The position numbers were made by a program, and so were the translations under genes. Below are positions 18,494 through 27,857 of a stretch of DNA of 33,960 nucleotides, piece after piece. Where the stretch lies: contig CAZPCE010000003.1 in NCBI GenBank assembly GCA_964584915.1, forward strand, positions 8,156 through 42,115, read 5' to 3'. The notes under the pieces were generated by a model, which worked only from the letters and a program-made list of their open reading frames with translations, made no database searches and was not told where the DNA came from. How positions within the stretch are numbered: position 1 is the first letter of the stretch; the number at the start of each line of letters is the position of its first letter. The stretch is from an uncultured Arenimonas sp. (GTDB lineage Bacteria; Pseudomonadota; Gammaproteobacteria; Xanthomonadales; Xanthomonadaceae).

Positions 18494-20443
18494 ATGACAA
18501 GCCTGCCTCCCGCCAAGCAAGCCAGCTTTGCAAATCCGCGATTGTTGGCCGATATCGGTGGTACATATGCCCGATTTACTCTCGAAACGGCACCCGGCCT
18601 GTTTGAGCACAGCCAATCATTGCGTTGCGCCGACTATCCCGATTTCCATGCCGCGATTACGAGCTACCTGAAAGGCTTGAAAATAGAACGCATACGGAAT
18701 GCCGCGCTCGCGATCGCAAACCCCGTGTCCGGTGACCAGGTAAGAATGACCAACTACCACTGGCAGTTTTCAATTGAAGAAATGCGTGAGCGTCTTCAAT
18801 TCGACAATCTGGTGGTGGTGAATGACTTCACCGCATTGGCGATGTCCTTGCCGAAATTGCTGCCCAATCAACGCCGTCAAATTGGCGGCGGCCACTCCGT
18901 CGCCGACAGCGTGATCGGCTTGATTGGCGCCGGCAGCGGGCTGGGTGTATCCGGCCTTATTCCTGCGGGCGCTGGCTGGGTTGCCCTCGGCTCGGAAGGT
19001 GGGCACGCCAGCTTTTCGCCACGCAACGCCCGCGAAATTGCGATTCTTGAATTCGCATGGAAACAGCTTGAGCACGTTTCGTTCGAGCGTCTTTTGTCCG
19101 GACCCGGCATTGAATTGATTTATCAAGCGCTGAGTGACCGCGCAAAAAACAAGAACGCCGAAAATCTCGCTGCACCCGAAATCACGTCGCGCGCATTGAA
19201 CGGCAGCGATCCGGTCTGCGTTGAAACGCTCGAAGCCTTTTGTGAAATGCTGGGGACCGCTGCAGCCAACCTCGCGGTAACGCAGGGCGCGCTCGGCGGC
19301 ATCTATATCGGCGGCGGCATCGTGCCCCGCCTCGGCGACTATTTTGACCGCTCCCGCTTTCGCAAACGCTTTGAAGATAAAGGCCGTTTCAGCGATTACC
19401 TGAAAGGCATCCCCACTTTCGTGATCACCGAATCGAATGCCACCTTCATGGGTGCATCGGTTATTTTGGCGGCGCAACTGGGTGGACTGGAAGCATCGGA
19501 TGACTCCAGCATATTGAACCAGATTCGTCGCGTGCGCGACGGCTTGTCGCCAGCCGAGCAACGGGTTGCGGACCTGGTGATTGCGCAGCCAAGAACGGCA
19601 TTGAATGAGCCCATAGCAAAACTCGCACGCGCGGCGAATGTAAGCCAGCCGACCGTGATTCGTTTTTGCCGTTCGCTTGGTTGCGACGGGCTTTCCAATT
19701 TCAAACTCCGGCTTGCTTCCAGCCTGACCGGTACCATGCCCATTACCCACATCCAGGTGACCGACAGCGACAGCATGCTGGAACTGGGCGACAAGGTGCT
19801 CAGCAATACCGCTTCCGCAATATTGCAGGTACGAAACCACCTGAATCCGAAAACCATCGACCAGGTCGTTCGCCTGATTGCCGATGCAAAGCGCGTCGAA
19901 TTTTATGCAGTCGGACATTTCGGCAGCGTTGCCGATGATGCCCAATTCAAATTTCTGCGCATGGGTGTTTCGGCAATGTCCTACACCGCGCCGCGTTTGC
20001 AGCTACTGGCTGCCAACGTGCTCGACCCGAGCGTCGTCGTCGTCGTAATCAGTGGCAGCGGCCAGATACAGGAATTGCTCGAAGTCGTCGACAAGGCAAA
20101 GGAACGCGGTGCAACGGTGGTAGCGATTACCGCAAGCCAGTCCACCCTGGCACGCAAGGCAGACGTCGCGTTGATTCTCGACAATATTGAAGATTCGGCC
20201 TCGCAGGTTCCGATGATCAGCCGGATACTGCATCTGCTGATGATCGATATCCTCGTCGTCGGACTCACGATGCAGCGCGGAATCACCCCGCCCGCGATCG
20301 AGAAAGAAGCCAGCCTTGCATTGGACGAAGCGCGCCCGCAACACTCGCAAGGCACTGAAGGCAAGCAACCCGGCCCAGGCCTGCATTTATCCGGAGAGCT
20401 CGCGCATTTAAGCGCCAACCCTCCTTCCCTCAAGCGCAACTAG
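18494..20443 (+). CDS. glk: Bifunctional glucokinase / RpiR-family (HexR) transcriptional regulator fusion
   Basis: N-terminal Glk domain (LADIGGTYARF, VNDF, GAGSGLG, SEGGH, SFERLLSG, FEDKGRF), then HTH (LSPAEQRVA..VSQPTVIRFCRSLG..FKL) and SIS domain (ISGSG, AIT, PMISRILHL..ID). Start at ATG 18494 (ORF track TTG 18446). Confidence 0.92.
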   Translation: MTSLPPAKQASFANPRLLADIGGTYARFTLETAPGLFEHSQSLRCADYPDFHAAITSYLKGLKIERIRNAALAIANPVSGDQVRMTNYHWQFSIEEMRERLQFDNLVVVNDFTALAMSLPKLLPNQRRQIGGGHSVADSVIGLIGAGSGLGVSGLIPAGAGWVALGSEGGHASFSPRNAREIAILEFAWKQLEHVSFERLLSGPGIELIYQALSDRAKNKNAENLAAPEITSRALNGSDPVCVETLEAFCEMLGTAAANLAVTQGALGGIYIGGGIVPRLGDYFDRSRFRKRFEDKGRFSDYLKGIPTFVITESNATFMGASVILAAQLGGLEASDDSSILNQIRRVRDGLSPAEQRVADLVIAQPRTALNEPIAKLARAANVSQPTVIRFCRSLGCDGLSNFKLRLASSLTGTMPITHIQVTDSDSMLELGDKVLSNTASAILQVRNHLNPKTIDQVVRLIADAKRVEFYAVGHFGSVADDAQFKFLRMGVSAMSYTAPRLQLLAANVLDPSVVVVVISGSGQIQELLEVVDKAKERGATVVAITASQSTLARKADVALILDNIEDSASQVPMISRILHLLMIDILVVGLTMQRGITPPAIEKEASLALDEARPQHSQGTEGKQPGPGLHLSGELAHLSANPPSLKRN

Positions 20444-20477
20444 GTTCGGCATGCCATAAATACCGAAGGGACAAGAA

Positions 20478-21317
20478 ATGAAATTCCTGCTTTGCCTTTT
20501 TATTTCGTTCGTGTTTTGCGCCCATGCAAATGCGGACTCGACTCCCTCCACGGCATCCGCCAATGTCCATATTCTTGATCCGATGGCGATGCCCGACCTG
20601 GATCGCCAACGCATCATCCGCATCTATTTGCCGCCCGGTTACGAGCAAAGCGATCGCCGCTATCCCGTACTTTACATGCACGATGGCCAGAACCTGTTTG
20701 ACAGCGCTACCTCGTATGCCGGCGAATGGGGTGTGGATGAAGCATTGGATTCGTTGGCAAAATCGCAACATCTCGAAGTCATCGTTGTCGGCATAGACAA
20801 CGGCAAGGAAAAACGCATGAACGAACTGAGTCCCTGGACGAACAAGCGGTTCGGCAACGCGGAAGGAATCCAGTACACCGGTTTCATCGTGAATGTATTG
20901 AAACCTTATATCGACCAGCATTACCGGACACTGGCCGACCGGGAAAACACCGCCATCATGGGCAGCTCGATGGGCGGTCTTATTTCACATTACGCGATCC
21001 ACCAATATCCCGGTGTTTTCGGCATGGCGGGTATTTTTTCACCCTCTTACTGGTATTCCCGCCAAGTGTTCAAACACACCCAGGAACACTCCGTGCCACC
21101 AGACACAAGGCTTTATCTGATGACCGGAAGCAAGGAAGGCAGCCAAGCGGTGAACGGGCTCGAAAAAATGACAAAGCTGTTGAACAAACAAAAACATCCT
21201 GCCAGCAACCTGCGCAGCGAAGTCGTACCCGATGGCGAGCACAACGAAAAATTCTGGCGTAGCGAGTTTCCGAAAGCGGTCTCCTGGCTATTCGAAAAAC
21301 AAGCGTCCGGGATATAG
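20478..21317 (+). CDS. Exported alpha/beta hydrolase (putative esterase)
   Basis: Signal peptide (..AHANA), IYLPPGY, YPVLYMHDGQNLF, nucleophile GSSMGG, GSKEG, His motif GEHNE..W. Confidence 0.88.
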   Translation: MKFLLCLFISFVFCAHANADSTPSTASANVHILDPMAMPDLDRQRIIRIYLPPGYEQSDRRYPVLYMHDGQNLFDSATSYAGEWGVDEALDSLAKSQHLEVIVVGIDNGKEKRMNELSPWTNKRFGNAEGIQYTGFIVNVLKPYIDQHYRTLADRENTAIMGSSMGGLISHYAIHQYPGVFGMAGIFSPSYWYSRQVFKHTQEHSVPPDTRLYLMTGSKEGSQAVNGLEKMTKLLNKQKHPASNLRSEVVPDGEHNEKFWRSEFPKAVSWLFEKQASGI

Positions 21318-21355
21318 TTTCAATCCATCCGGATTCACGATAACGAGCTCATCGC

Positions 21356-22081
21356 ATGGCAGAACACGCAGCACTTTTCAATCCGCGCCCGACCATCACG
21401 TCGCACAGACTCGCTGATGGCCAGGCCTGCTGGATTATCGATGACGTGTTGCTTCAGCCGGAACGCTTGCGGCAACTGGCGATCGAACACGCGGCCGATT
21501 TCAGCATGGCGCCCTTCAATGCCTACCCTGGCCTCGAGTTTCCGATGCCTCAGTCGGCAAGCGACCAATTGCGGGATTTTTTCAATGTCCACCTGCGCAA
21601 TCTATTCCATGCAAGGCGCACGGTAAAAATGAATAGCCGGATGGCGATGGTGACATTGCCTCCGGAACAATTGCTGGCACGCCAATGGATTTGCCATCGC
21701 GACAGCGCGTGGGTCGATCCCGGGCATTGCATCGCCGCTTCGGTGCTGTATCTATTCCATAATCCGAATCTGGGTGGAACCGACTTTTACGCACCGGTTC
21801 GCCCCATGCCTGAAATAGAAAGACTCGTGCACGACGCCAGTACCATGGAAAACGCGCAGTTCGCCGCGAAATATCCGATACCGGCGAATTATTTCCAGGG
21901 TGCGCCGGGGTATTTTGAACGCATCGGCCGAATACCGGCGAAATTCAACCGGATGATTTTTTATGACGGACGGATTTTCCACTGTGCCGATATTCACTCA
22001 CACGAAAGCATGAGCCCGAATCCCGTTTTCGGTCGGCTTACGCTAAACGGTTTTTTTACCTGCACGAGAAAAGCTTCGTAG
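21356..22081 (+). CDS. DUF6445-like protein, predicted 2OG-Fe(II) oxygenase-type fold
   Basis: IIDDVL..PE, YPG, CHRD (HxD), AASVLYLF, GGTDFY, KFNRMIFYDG..FH (distal His), RLTLNGF (Arg). Family name is from recall and has not been searched. Confidence 0.75.
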   Translation: MAEHAALFNPRPTITSHRLADGQACWIIDDVLLQPERLRQLAIEHAADFSMAPFNAYPGLEFPMPQSASDQLRDFFNVHLRNLFHARRTVKMNSRMAMVTLPPEQLLARQWICHRDSAWVDPGHCIAASVLYLFHNPNLGGTDFYAPVRPMPEIERLVHDASTMENAQFAAKYPIPANYFQGAPGYFERIGRIPAKFNRMIFYDGRIFHCADIHSHESMSPNPVFGRLTLNGFFTCTRKAS

Positions 22082-22178
22082 GAGGCCGCTTGCGACCGCC
22101 ATGGACGGCGGGAGTGTCGAAAATGCAGGAGCATTTTTCCGACCGGGCGATTTCCACCGGGCCCAAGGGCTCTCCTAC
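22078..22178. repeat. REPIN-like inverted pair of GTAG REP sequences with palindromic spacer
   Basis: GTAGGAGGCCGCTTGCGACCG on + from 22078 and GTAGGAGAGCCCTTGGGCCCGG on - from 22178. The spacer contains the imperfect hairpin GTCGAAAATGC-AGGA-GCATTTTTCCGAC. Lies between convergent genes. Confidence 0.75.
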
Positions 22179-22195
22179 GCATTCATGGCGGCTTG

Positions 22196-23824
22196 CTACT
22201 TCTGCACAAACACACTCACTGATTGCGCCGGCAACGTAAGCACGGCAACACCCTTTGCATCACTGCCGATTTCAAGCGCCACTTTCGGGTAAATGATCGA
22301 AAATGTTTTATCCGGCTGCAGATTTTTTGCTTTTAGGCCAACACCCGCCTTGCCGTAATTGATCAACACAAGGCTTGTTTCAGAACCGAATTGCCGTTGA
22401 AAACCGAGAACTTCGCCGTCAACGAACGCAAACTGATAAGTTCCTTTGGCAATCGACGGATATCCGTTTCTCAGGACAAGCATGGCTTTGTAGAAAGACA
22501 ATATCGAATCGGAATCCTGCAATTCCGAGGCTACATTTTGCTCGGTGATATTGTCAGCGTAGGCCCGAAACGGCGTATTCGAACTAAACCCGCCTGCATC
22601 ACGGCTCCAACTCATCGGAATACGCAACCGCGCATCGGGGCCGAGCGAGTTGTGATTGCCCATGCCGATTTCTTCACCGTAAAAAATGAATGGCGTACCT
22701 GGCTGTAACAGATAGGTGGCCGCTGCCAGACGGTACTGCGCAAGGTTTCCGCCCACCTGATTCCAAAGACGGTCACCGGCAAACTGGTCATGGTTCGAGA
22801 CAAAACTGGCCAGATGATTGTCTGCCGAGCCGAAGTAGTTCGCGATTTTTTTCATCGCTGCGCGATCGCCCTTGGCCGCCTTCGCCAACTCATACTGATA
22901 GCCGAAAGCAAACGCATGACCGCATGCCGTCTGTGCGGCGTACTGCTTGGCACTCTCCGGCGCTTCGCAGACCATGTAGCGATTGGGATAATGCGTGCCA
23001 AGTTCCTTGATCAACAGGTTCATCATCACGTAATTGCCGGGCTGGTCGTACCAGGCGTCCTTTCCGTTTTCGATCAGATGGGCCACGGCATCGAAGCGGA
23101 ATCCGTCGACGCCACGATTGAGCCAGAACCGCATATTGTCGAGATGGAAATTGATCACTTTCGGATTCAGCAGATTGAAATCCGGCATGGTGTCGTTGAA
23201 TTGGGCCAGGTATGCGCCGTTGTAGGTGGCGACCCAGGGATTCCGGCCATAGATTTCCCAAGCCTTGGGCGCAGTGTCCTGCCAGACAAACCAGTCTCGG
23301 TAGGGATTATTCGGCGATGAAGCGGCATTAATGAAAGCCGGATGCTGGCTGCTGGCGTGGTTAATCAGGTAATCCATCACGATGCCGATTCCGCGGGCAT
23401 GTGCCTGTTTGATCAGCTCATCGAAATCCGCCAGCGTGCCGTAAGCCGGTTCGATATTTCGATAATCCTTGACCGCGTAGCCATGATCGCCATCCTGGCT
23501 CACGGTCGTCGGCATCAGCCAAATGCCCTTCACACCCAAGGCTTTCAGATAATCCAGCCGCTGAATCAGGCCGCGCAGATCGCCGATGCCATCGCCATTA
23601 CTGTCTTGATAGCCGCGCACATAAATTTCAATGAAAGCGCCGTGCGACCAATCCGCCGAAAGAGGACTGCCAGGATCAGCAATTCGAACGGTGCCTGCAT
23701 TCACCGACGGCAGTACGCCGACTTTATCCTGAGCCAGAGACACCGGGGATCCACACAGACCCAGCAGCATCAAAACCAGCGGAACAGACCACAGCCTGAA
23801 AAGCTTTTCTGCCATCAAACGCAT
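22196..23824 (-). CDS. Exported GH13 alpha-amylase-family enzyme (GH13_36-like)
   Basis: Signal peptide, DSNGDGIGDLRG, GIWLMP, HGY, DYLINH, region V MPDFN (close to the MPDLN signature), GFRFDAV, CEA, FVSNHD, YGEEIGM. Confidence 0.9.
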   Translation of the reverse strand: MRLMAEKLFRLWSVPLVLMLLGLCGSPVSLAQDKVGVLPSVNAGTVRIADPGSPLSADWSHGAFIEIYVRGYQDSNGDGIGDLRGLIQRLDYLKALGVKGIWLMPTTVSQDGDHGYAVKDYRNIEPAYGTLADFDELIKQAHARGIGIVMDYLINHASSQHPAFINAASSPNNPYRDWFVWQDTAPKAWEIYGRNPWVATYNGAYLAQFNDTMPDFNLLNPKVINFHLDNMRFWLNRGVDGFRFDAVAHLIENGKDAWYDQPGNYVMMNLLIKELGTHYPNRYMVCEAPESAKQYAAQTACGHAFAFGYQYELAKAAKGDRAAMKKIANYFGSADNHLASFVSNHDQFAGDRLWNQVGGNLAQYRLAAATYLLQPGTPFIFYGEEIGMGNHNSLGPDARLRIPMSWSRDAGGFSSNTPFRAYADNITEQNVASELQDSDSILSFYKAMLVLRNGYPSIAKGTYQFAFVDGEVLGFQRQFGSETSLVLINYGKAGVGLKAKNLQPDKTFSIIYPKVALEIGSDAKGVAVLTLPAQSVSVFVQK

Positions 23825-23841
23825 ACTCCACCCCCAGAATA

Positions 23842-23856
23842 TGTAGAGAAACTACT
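23842..23856. promoter_or_regulatory. HexR-type operator TGTAGAGAAACTACT
   Basis: Palindrome match ~17 bp upstream of the GH13_36-like start codon. Confidence 0.72.
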
Positions 23857-23926
23857 TCCAATGAAGCCGACCAATCACGAATAAATTAGCATCTAGCTGG
23901 ACATAATGATACTCAAGGCATAAAAA

Positions 23927-23941
23927 TGTAGTAAAGTTACA
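23927..23941. promoter_or_regulatory. HexR-type operator TGTAGTAAAGTTACA
   Basis: Best match in the window, upstream of the pulA-glk-zwf-pgl-edd-eda operon and 85 bp from the 23842 copy. Confidence 0.82.
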
Positions 23942-24026
23942 TGATTAAATATGTCTATCCGGGTCGGCGGCCCAAGCGCGGACCAGACGACGTAATGGAT
24001 TGGGTACAGCATAAGGACAGGTGACT

Positions 24027-26816
24027 ATGGGAGCACGTCGAGCCAGAAAGCATAAATACATGCTTGCCGGGCTTGGGCTGTGCTTTCCTGTGCTTTCGGT
24101 CGCTGCAATGCCTTCGCCATCGCTGACGGACTGCGACCAAGCCGGGTTTGAACACCGATTGAGTCGCGCGGAAGCAAATACCGGAAAAACCGATGCCCGT
24201 GCGGTCTGGCTGAACCGCTCGACGCTGCGCTGGCCCAAGATCGACAATTTCGGCGATTTCAAACTGTATTTTTCATCGACCGGAAAAATAAAAGTCGGCA
24301 AAGGGAAACCAGTTTCCGGTAGCGATGGTTTTCTGGCTCTCGAATCGTTTCAAGGCGAATTACCCGAAACTATTTCATCTCGCTTTCGTTATGTGGCTGC
24401 TGGTGCCGAGCTTGCGATAAAACCGGCGGACCTGGATCAATTGCCGCTACTGCACAAGCAGCAATTGATATTGGTGAAGGAGGACAACAAAGGCAGGACC
24501 CTCGATTTCACCGCCACGCAAATTGCCGGCGCAATTGATGATCTATACCGCGATGCCGAAAATGCATCGGGTCTCGGTGCAAGCCTTTTGCCAGACGGCA
24601 CGAAGTTCAGCGTTTGGGCACCGACTGCGCGAATGGCGAGCGTTTGCGTTTACGACGGCCCCGACGGCAAGGCCGGCGCACGCCACGAAATGCAATGGAA
24701 TGCGGTGACCGGAATCTGGTCTGCCAAAGCCCAAGGCAATCTTGAGGGCAAATACTATCGCTACCTGCTGGATGTTTATGTGCGCGATGACGGCCTAGTC
24801 AGAAACGCGGTCACCGACCCCTACTCCATCAGCCTGAGCAGCAACTCGGCGCGAAGTTATATCGCCGATCTTGGCAGCGAAAAACTGAAGCCGCTTGCCT
24901 GGGATAAAACACCGCCATCCGGAAAAGTGAAACACCAGACCGACATGGTGATTTACGAATTGCATGTTCGCGACTTCTCGATCAACGATAACAGCGTCAG
25001 CGTGGCCAACCGCGGCAAGTACCTGGCATTTACCGAGTTGCAATCGGATGGCATGAAACACCTTTCCGCATTGTCGAAAGCGGGCCTGACCGATGTACAT
25101 CTGTTGCCGGTATTCGACATCGCGACCATTCCCGAAAAAGCCTGTACCTCGCCCAACATCAGCGGCGCGCCAGACGGCGAACAGCAGCAGAAAATCGCCA
25201 CTGCATCGGCCGGCGCGGATTGTTTCAACTGGGGCTACGACCCATTCCATTTCAATGCGCCCGAAGGCAGTTATGCCAGCGATGCAAACGACGGCGCGAA
25301 ACGCATTCTGGAATTTCGCGGCATGGTAAAAGCCCTGCACGACAGCGGTCTGCGAGTCGGGATGGACGTGGTCTACAACCACACCAGCACCTCCGGCCAA
25401 AACGAAAAATCGGTGCTTGACCGCATTGTTCCCGGCTACTACCAGCGCCTGAATGCCGACGGAGGCGTTGAACATTCGACCTGCTGCGACAACACGGCGA
25501 CGGAAAACCTGATGATGGGCAAGCTGATGCTCGATTCGGTCGCACTGTGGGCAAAGCAATACAAAATCGATTCGTTTCGCTTTGACTTGATGGGACACCA
25601 GCCGCGAGCGGTAATGGAAGCTTTGCAAAAGCGGCTCGACAATGAAACCGGCCGTCATATCAACCTGATCGGCGAAGGCTGGAATTTTGGCGAAGTGGCG
25701 AATGGCGAACGCTTTGTCCAGGCGTCGCAACTATCCTTGAATGGCAGCGGCATCGGAACCTTCAGCGATCGTGCACGCGATGCCATCCGCGGTGGTAGTG
25801 CCGGCGATAACGGTGAGGCATTGGTCAAGCGACAAGGCTATATCAACGGACTGGGTTATGACCCGAACGAAGCCAACATCGGCACTGATTCCAAAATGGA
25901 ATTATTGAAAACGGCAGATATGGTCAGAGTCGGCCTCGCCGGTTCATTGCGTGATTTCGAAATGCTCGATGGCGACGGCAAGACGAAACGGCTCGAGCAA
26001 TTACCTTACGGTGACCAACCCGCAGGCTACGTCAGCCAGCCCAGTGAAGTGGTGAACTACGTCGACAACCACGACAACCAGACCTTGTTCGATATCAACG
26101 CCTACAAATTGCCCTTGAATACCAGTGCCGACGATCGCGCACGCGTGCAAATGCTGGGCATGGCAATCAATGCTTTCAGCCAGGGCGTCGCCTACTTCCA
26201 TGCCGGGATCGAGACCCTGCGTTCAAAATCCATGGACGGCAACAGCTACGATTCCGGCGACTGGTTCAACCGTTTGGATTGGCGGTTTCAAGACAATTAT
26301 TTTGCTGCCGGTTTGCCGCCGGCACGCGATAACGAAAAAAACTATTCCCTGATCAAGCCACGGCTGCAAAACGCGTTGATAAAACCGGGTGCAGAACAGA
26401 TCCGATTTGCCCGCGATGCATTCAATGACCTGTTGAAAATCCGTGCGAGTTCCAGCCTGTTCCGTTTGCCGACGGCGGAAGCGATCAAGCTGCGCCTGAA
26501 GTTTTACAACACGGGACCAGGACAGAATCCGGTGCTGCTGATCGGCCACCTGACCGGTGCGATCGACGGCAAAAACCATGAAAACGCAAATTTCAGCGAG
26601 CTGGTCTATTTTATCAATGTCGATAAAAAGACTCAGCAGATAAGGCTTCCCGATGAACGCCATAAAGCCTATGTGCTTCATCCCGTGCATTTGAATTCCG
26701 ATGCCGCGGACAAAAGGCCTGCGGATCAAGCCAACTACGATTCACGTGACGGAAGTTTCAATATTCCGGCCAGGAGTGCGGTCGTATTCGTCATCAAGGA
26801 AGCGAACAAACCATGA
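24027..26816 (+). CDS. pulA: Pullulanase-type alpha-1,6-glucosidase (GH13_13-like), exported
   Basis: FSVWAPTA (CBM48), [62 protein letters not shown]. Start uncertain (GTG 24021, ATG 24027 or ATG 24060). AAGGA RBS favours 24027. Confidence 0.93.
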   Translation: MGARRARKHKYMLAGLGLCFPVLSVAAMPSPSLTDCDQAGFEHRLSRAEANTGKTDARAVWLNRSTLRWPKIDNFGDFKLYFSSTGKIKVGKGKPVSGSDGFLALESFQGELPETISSRFRYVAAGAELAIKPADLDQLPLLHKQQLILVKEDNKGRTLDFTATQIAGAIDDLYRDAENASGLGASLLPDGTKFSVWAPTARMASVCVYDGPDGKAGARHEMQWNAVTGIWSAKAQGNLEGKYYRYLLDVYVRDDGLVRNAVTDPYSISLSSNSARSYIADLGSEKLKPLAWDKTPPSGKVKHQTDMVIYELHVRDFSINDNSVSVANRGKYLAFTELQSDGMKHLSALSKAGLTDVHLLPVFDIATIPEKACTSPNISGAPDGEQQQKIATASAGADCFNWGYDPFHFNAPEGSYASDANDGAKRILEFRGMVKALHDSGLRVGMDVVYNHTSTSGQNEKSVLDRIVPGYYQRLNADGGVEHSTCCDNTATENLMMGKLMLDSVALWAKQYKIDSFRFDLMGHQPRAVMEALQKRLDNETGRHINLIGEGWNFGEVANGERFVQASQLSLNGSGIGTFSDRARDAIRGGSAGDNGEALVKRQGYINGLGYDPNEANIGTDSKMELLKTADMVRVGLAGSLRDFEMLDGDGKTKRLEQLPYGDQPAGYVSQPSEVVNYVDNHDNQTLFDINAYKLPLNTSADDRARVQMLGMAINAFSQGVAYFHAGIETLRSKSMDGNSYDSGDWFNRLDWRFQDNYFAAGLPPARDNEKNYSLIKPRLQNALIKPGAEQIRFARDAFNDLLKIRASSSLFRLPTAEAIKLRLKFYNTGPGQNPVLLIGHLTGAIDGKNHENANFSELVYFINVDKKTQQIRLPDERHKAYVLHPVHLNSDAADKRPADQANYDSRDGSFNIPARSAVVFVIKEANKP

Positions 26817-27847
26817 GCTCAGCGAGTGAAAAACCACTTCCAAAACCGTGGAATGCATCGTGCCTGGTCGCCGATATCGGTGGAACCCACGCACGCTTCG
26901 CAATCGCAACTTCGGCACAAAACGTTGCCGAACACGATGGCCTCATACTCGCCAACAAACAAACTTATCGGGTCGAAGAATTTGAATCGCTGACAGATGC
27001 ATTACTGGACTATCTGGGAAAAATGTCGCCGGAACAAAAACCGGCCAATGCAATACTGGCGGTTGCCAGCGCAATTACCGACGACAAGATCGGCTTTACC
27101 AACAGCGAATGGGGTTTCTCGATTTCGGCCTTGAAAAAAGAACTGAAACTCGACGAACTGCAGGTTATCAACGACTTCGCAGCGGTAGCCTGGGCACTGC
27201 CCTTGCTTGAAACAGATGATGTCGAAGCTGTCGGCTCGCCCGGAATACCGGTTTTGAAAAAGCCGGGGGTTTATGCGGCACTCGGCCCCGGCACCGGACT
27301 CGGCGTATCCGGACTGAAGATCGAGGCAGGCAAGAACATCGTGCTGGAAACCGAAGGCGGTCATATTAGTTTTGCGCCGCGCACTCGCGATGAAATAAAA
27401 ATTTTGCAGTTTTTGCTGAATGAATTCGAACGGGTTTCATACGAACGTCTGCTGTGCGGCAACGGCCTGGTAAACCTGTATCGGGCACGAAGCGATTTAA
27501 TGGAGCTGCCGGCAAGCTTATCGACGCCGGAAGCGGTATCCTCGGCTGCGCGACAGGGTGATCCGGCGGCAAATGCGGCGGCTCGGGACTTCTGTTCCAT
27601 TCTTGGCGCCTTCGCCGGCGATACCGCACTGATGTTCGGTGCCTGGCAAGGCGTTTATTTGTCGGGGGGAATGTTACCGCACGTGATGGATGAAAACGGC
27701 AAGGCTTTATTTCGGCAGGCATTTGAAGACAAGGGTCGTTTTTCAGCGCTATTGGTGAAAACACCGACCTGGATAATTAAGCGAACGGATATAGGCAAGC
27801 TCGGAGCCGCCAGTCTGTGGATCAGCAACAAGGAAAATCAAGGATGA
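26813..27847 (+). CDS. glk: Glucokinase (stand-alone)
   Basis: VADIGGTHARF, INDF, GPGTGLG, TEGGH, SYERLL, FEDKGRF. ATGA overlap with pulA. Confidence 0.93.
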   Translation: MSSASEKPLPKPWNASCLVADIGGTHARFAIATSAQNVAEHDGLILANKQTYRVEEFESLTDALLDYLGKMSPEQKPANAILAVASAITDDKIGFTNSEWGFSISALKKELKLDELQVINDFAAVAWALPLLETDDVEAVGSPGIPVLKKPGVYAALGPGTGLGVSGLKIEAGKNIVLETEGGHISFAPRTRDEIKILQFLLNEFERVSYERLLCGNGLVNLYRARSDLMELPASLSTPEAVSSAARQGDPAANAAARDFCSILGAFAGDTALMFGAWQGVYLSGGMLPHVMDENGKALFRQAFEDKGRFSALLVKTPTWIIKRTDIGKLGAASLWISNKENQG

Positions 27848-27857
27848 AATACAAAGG

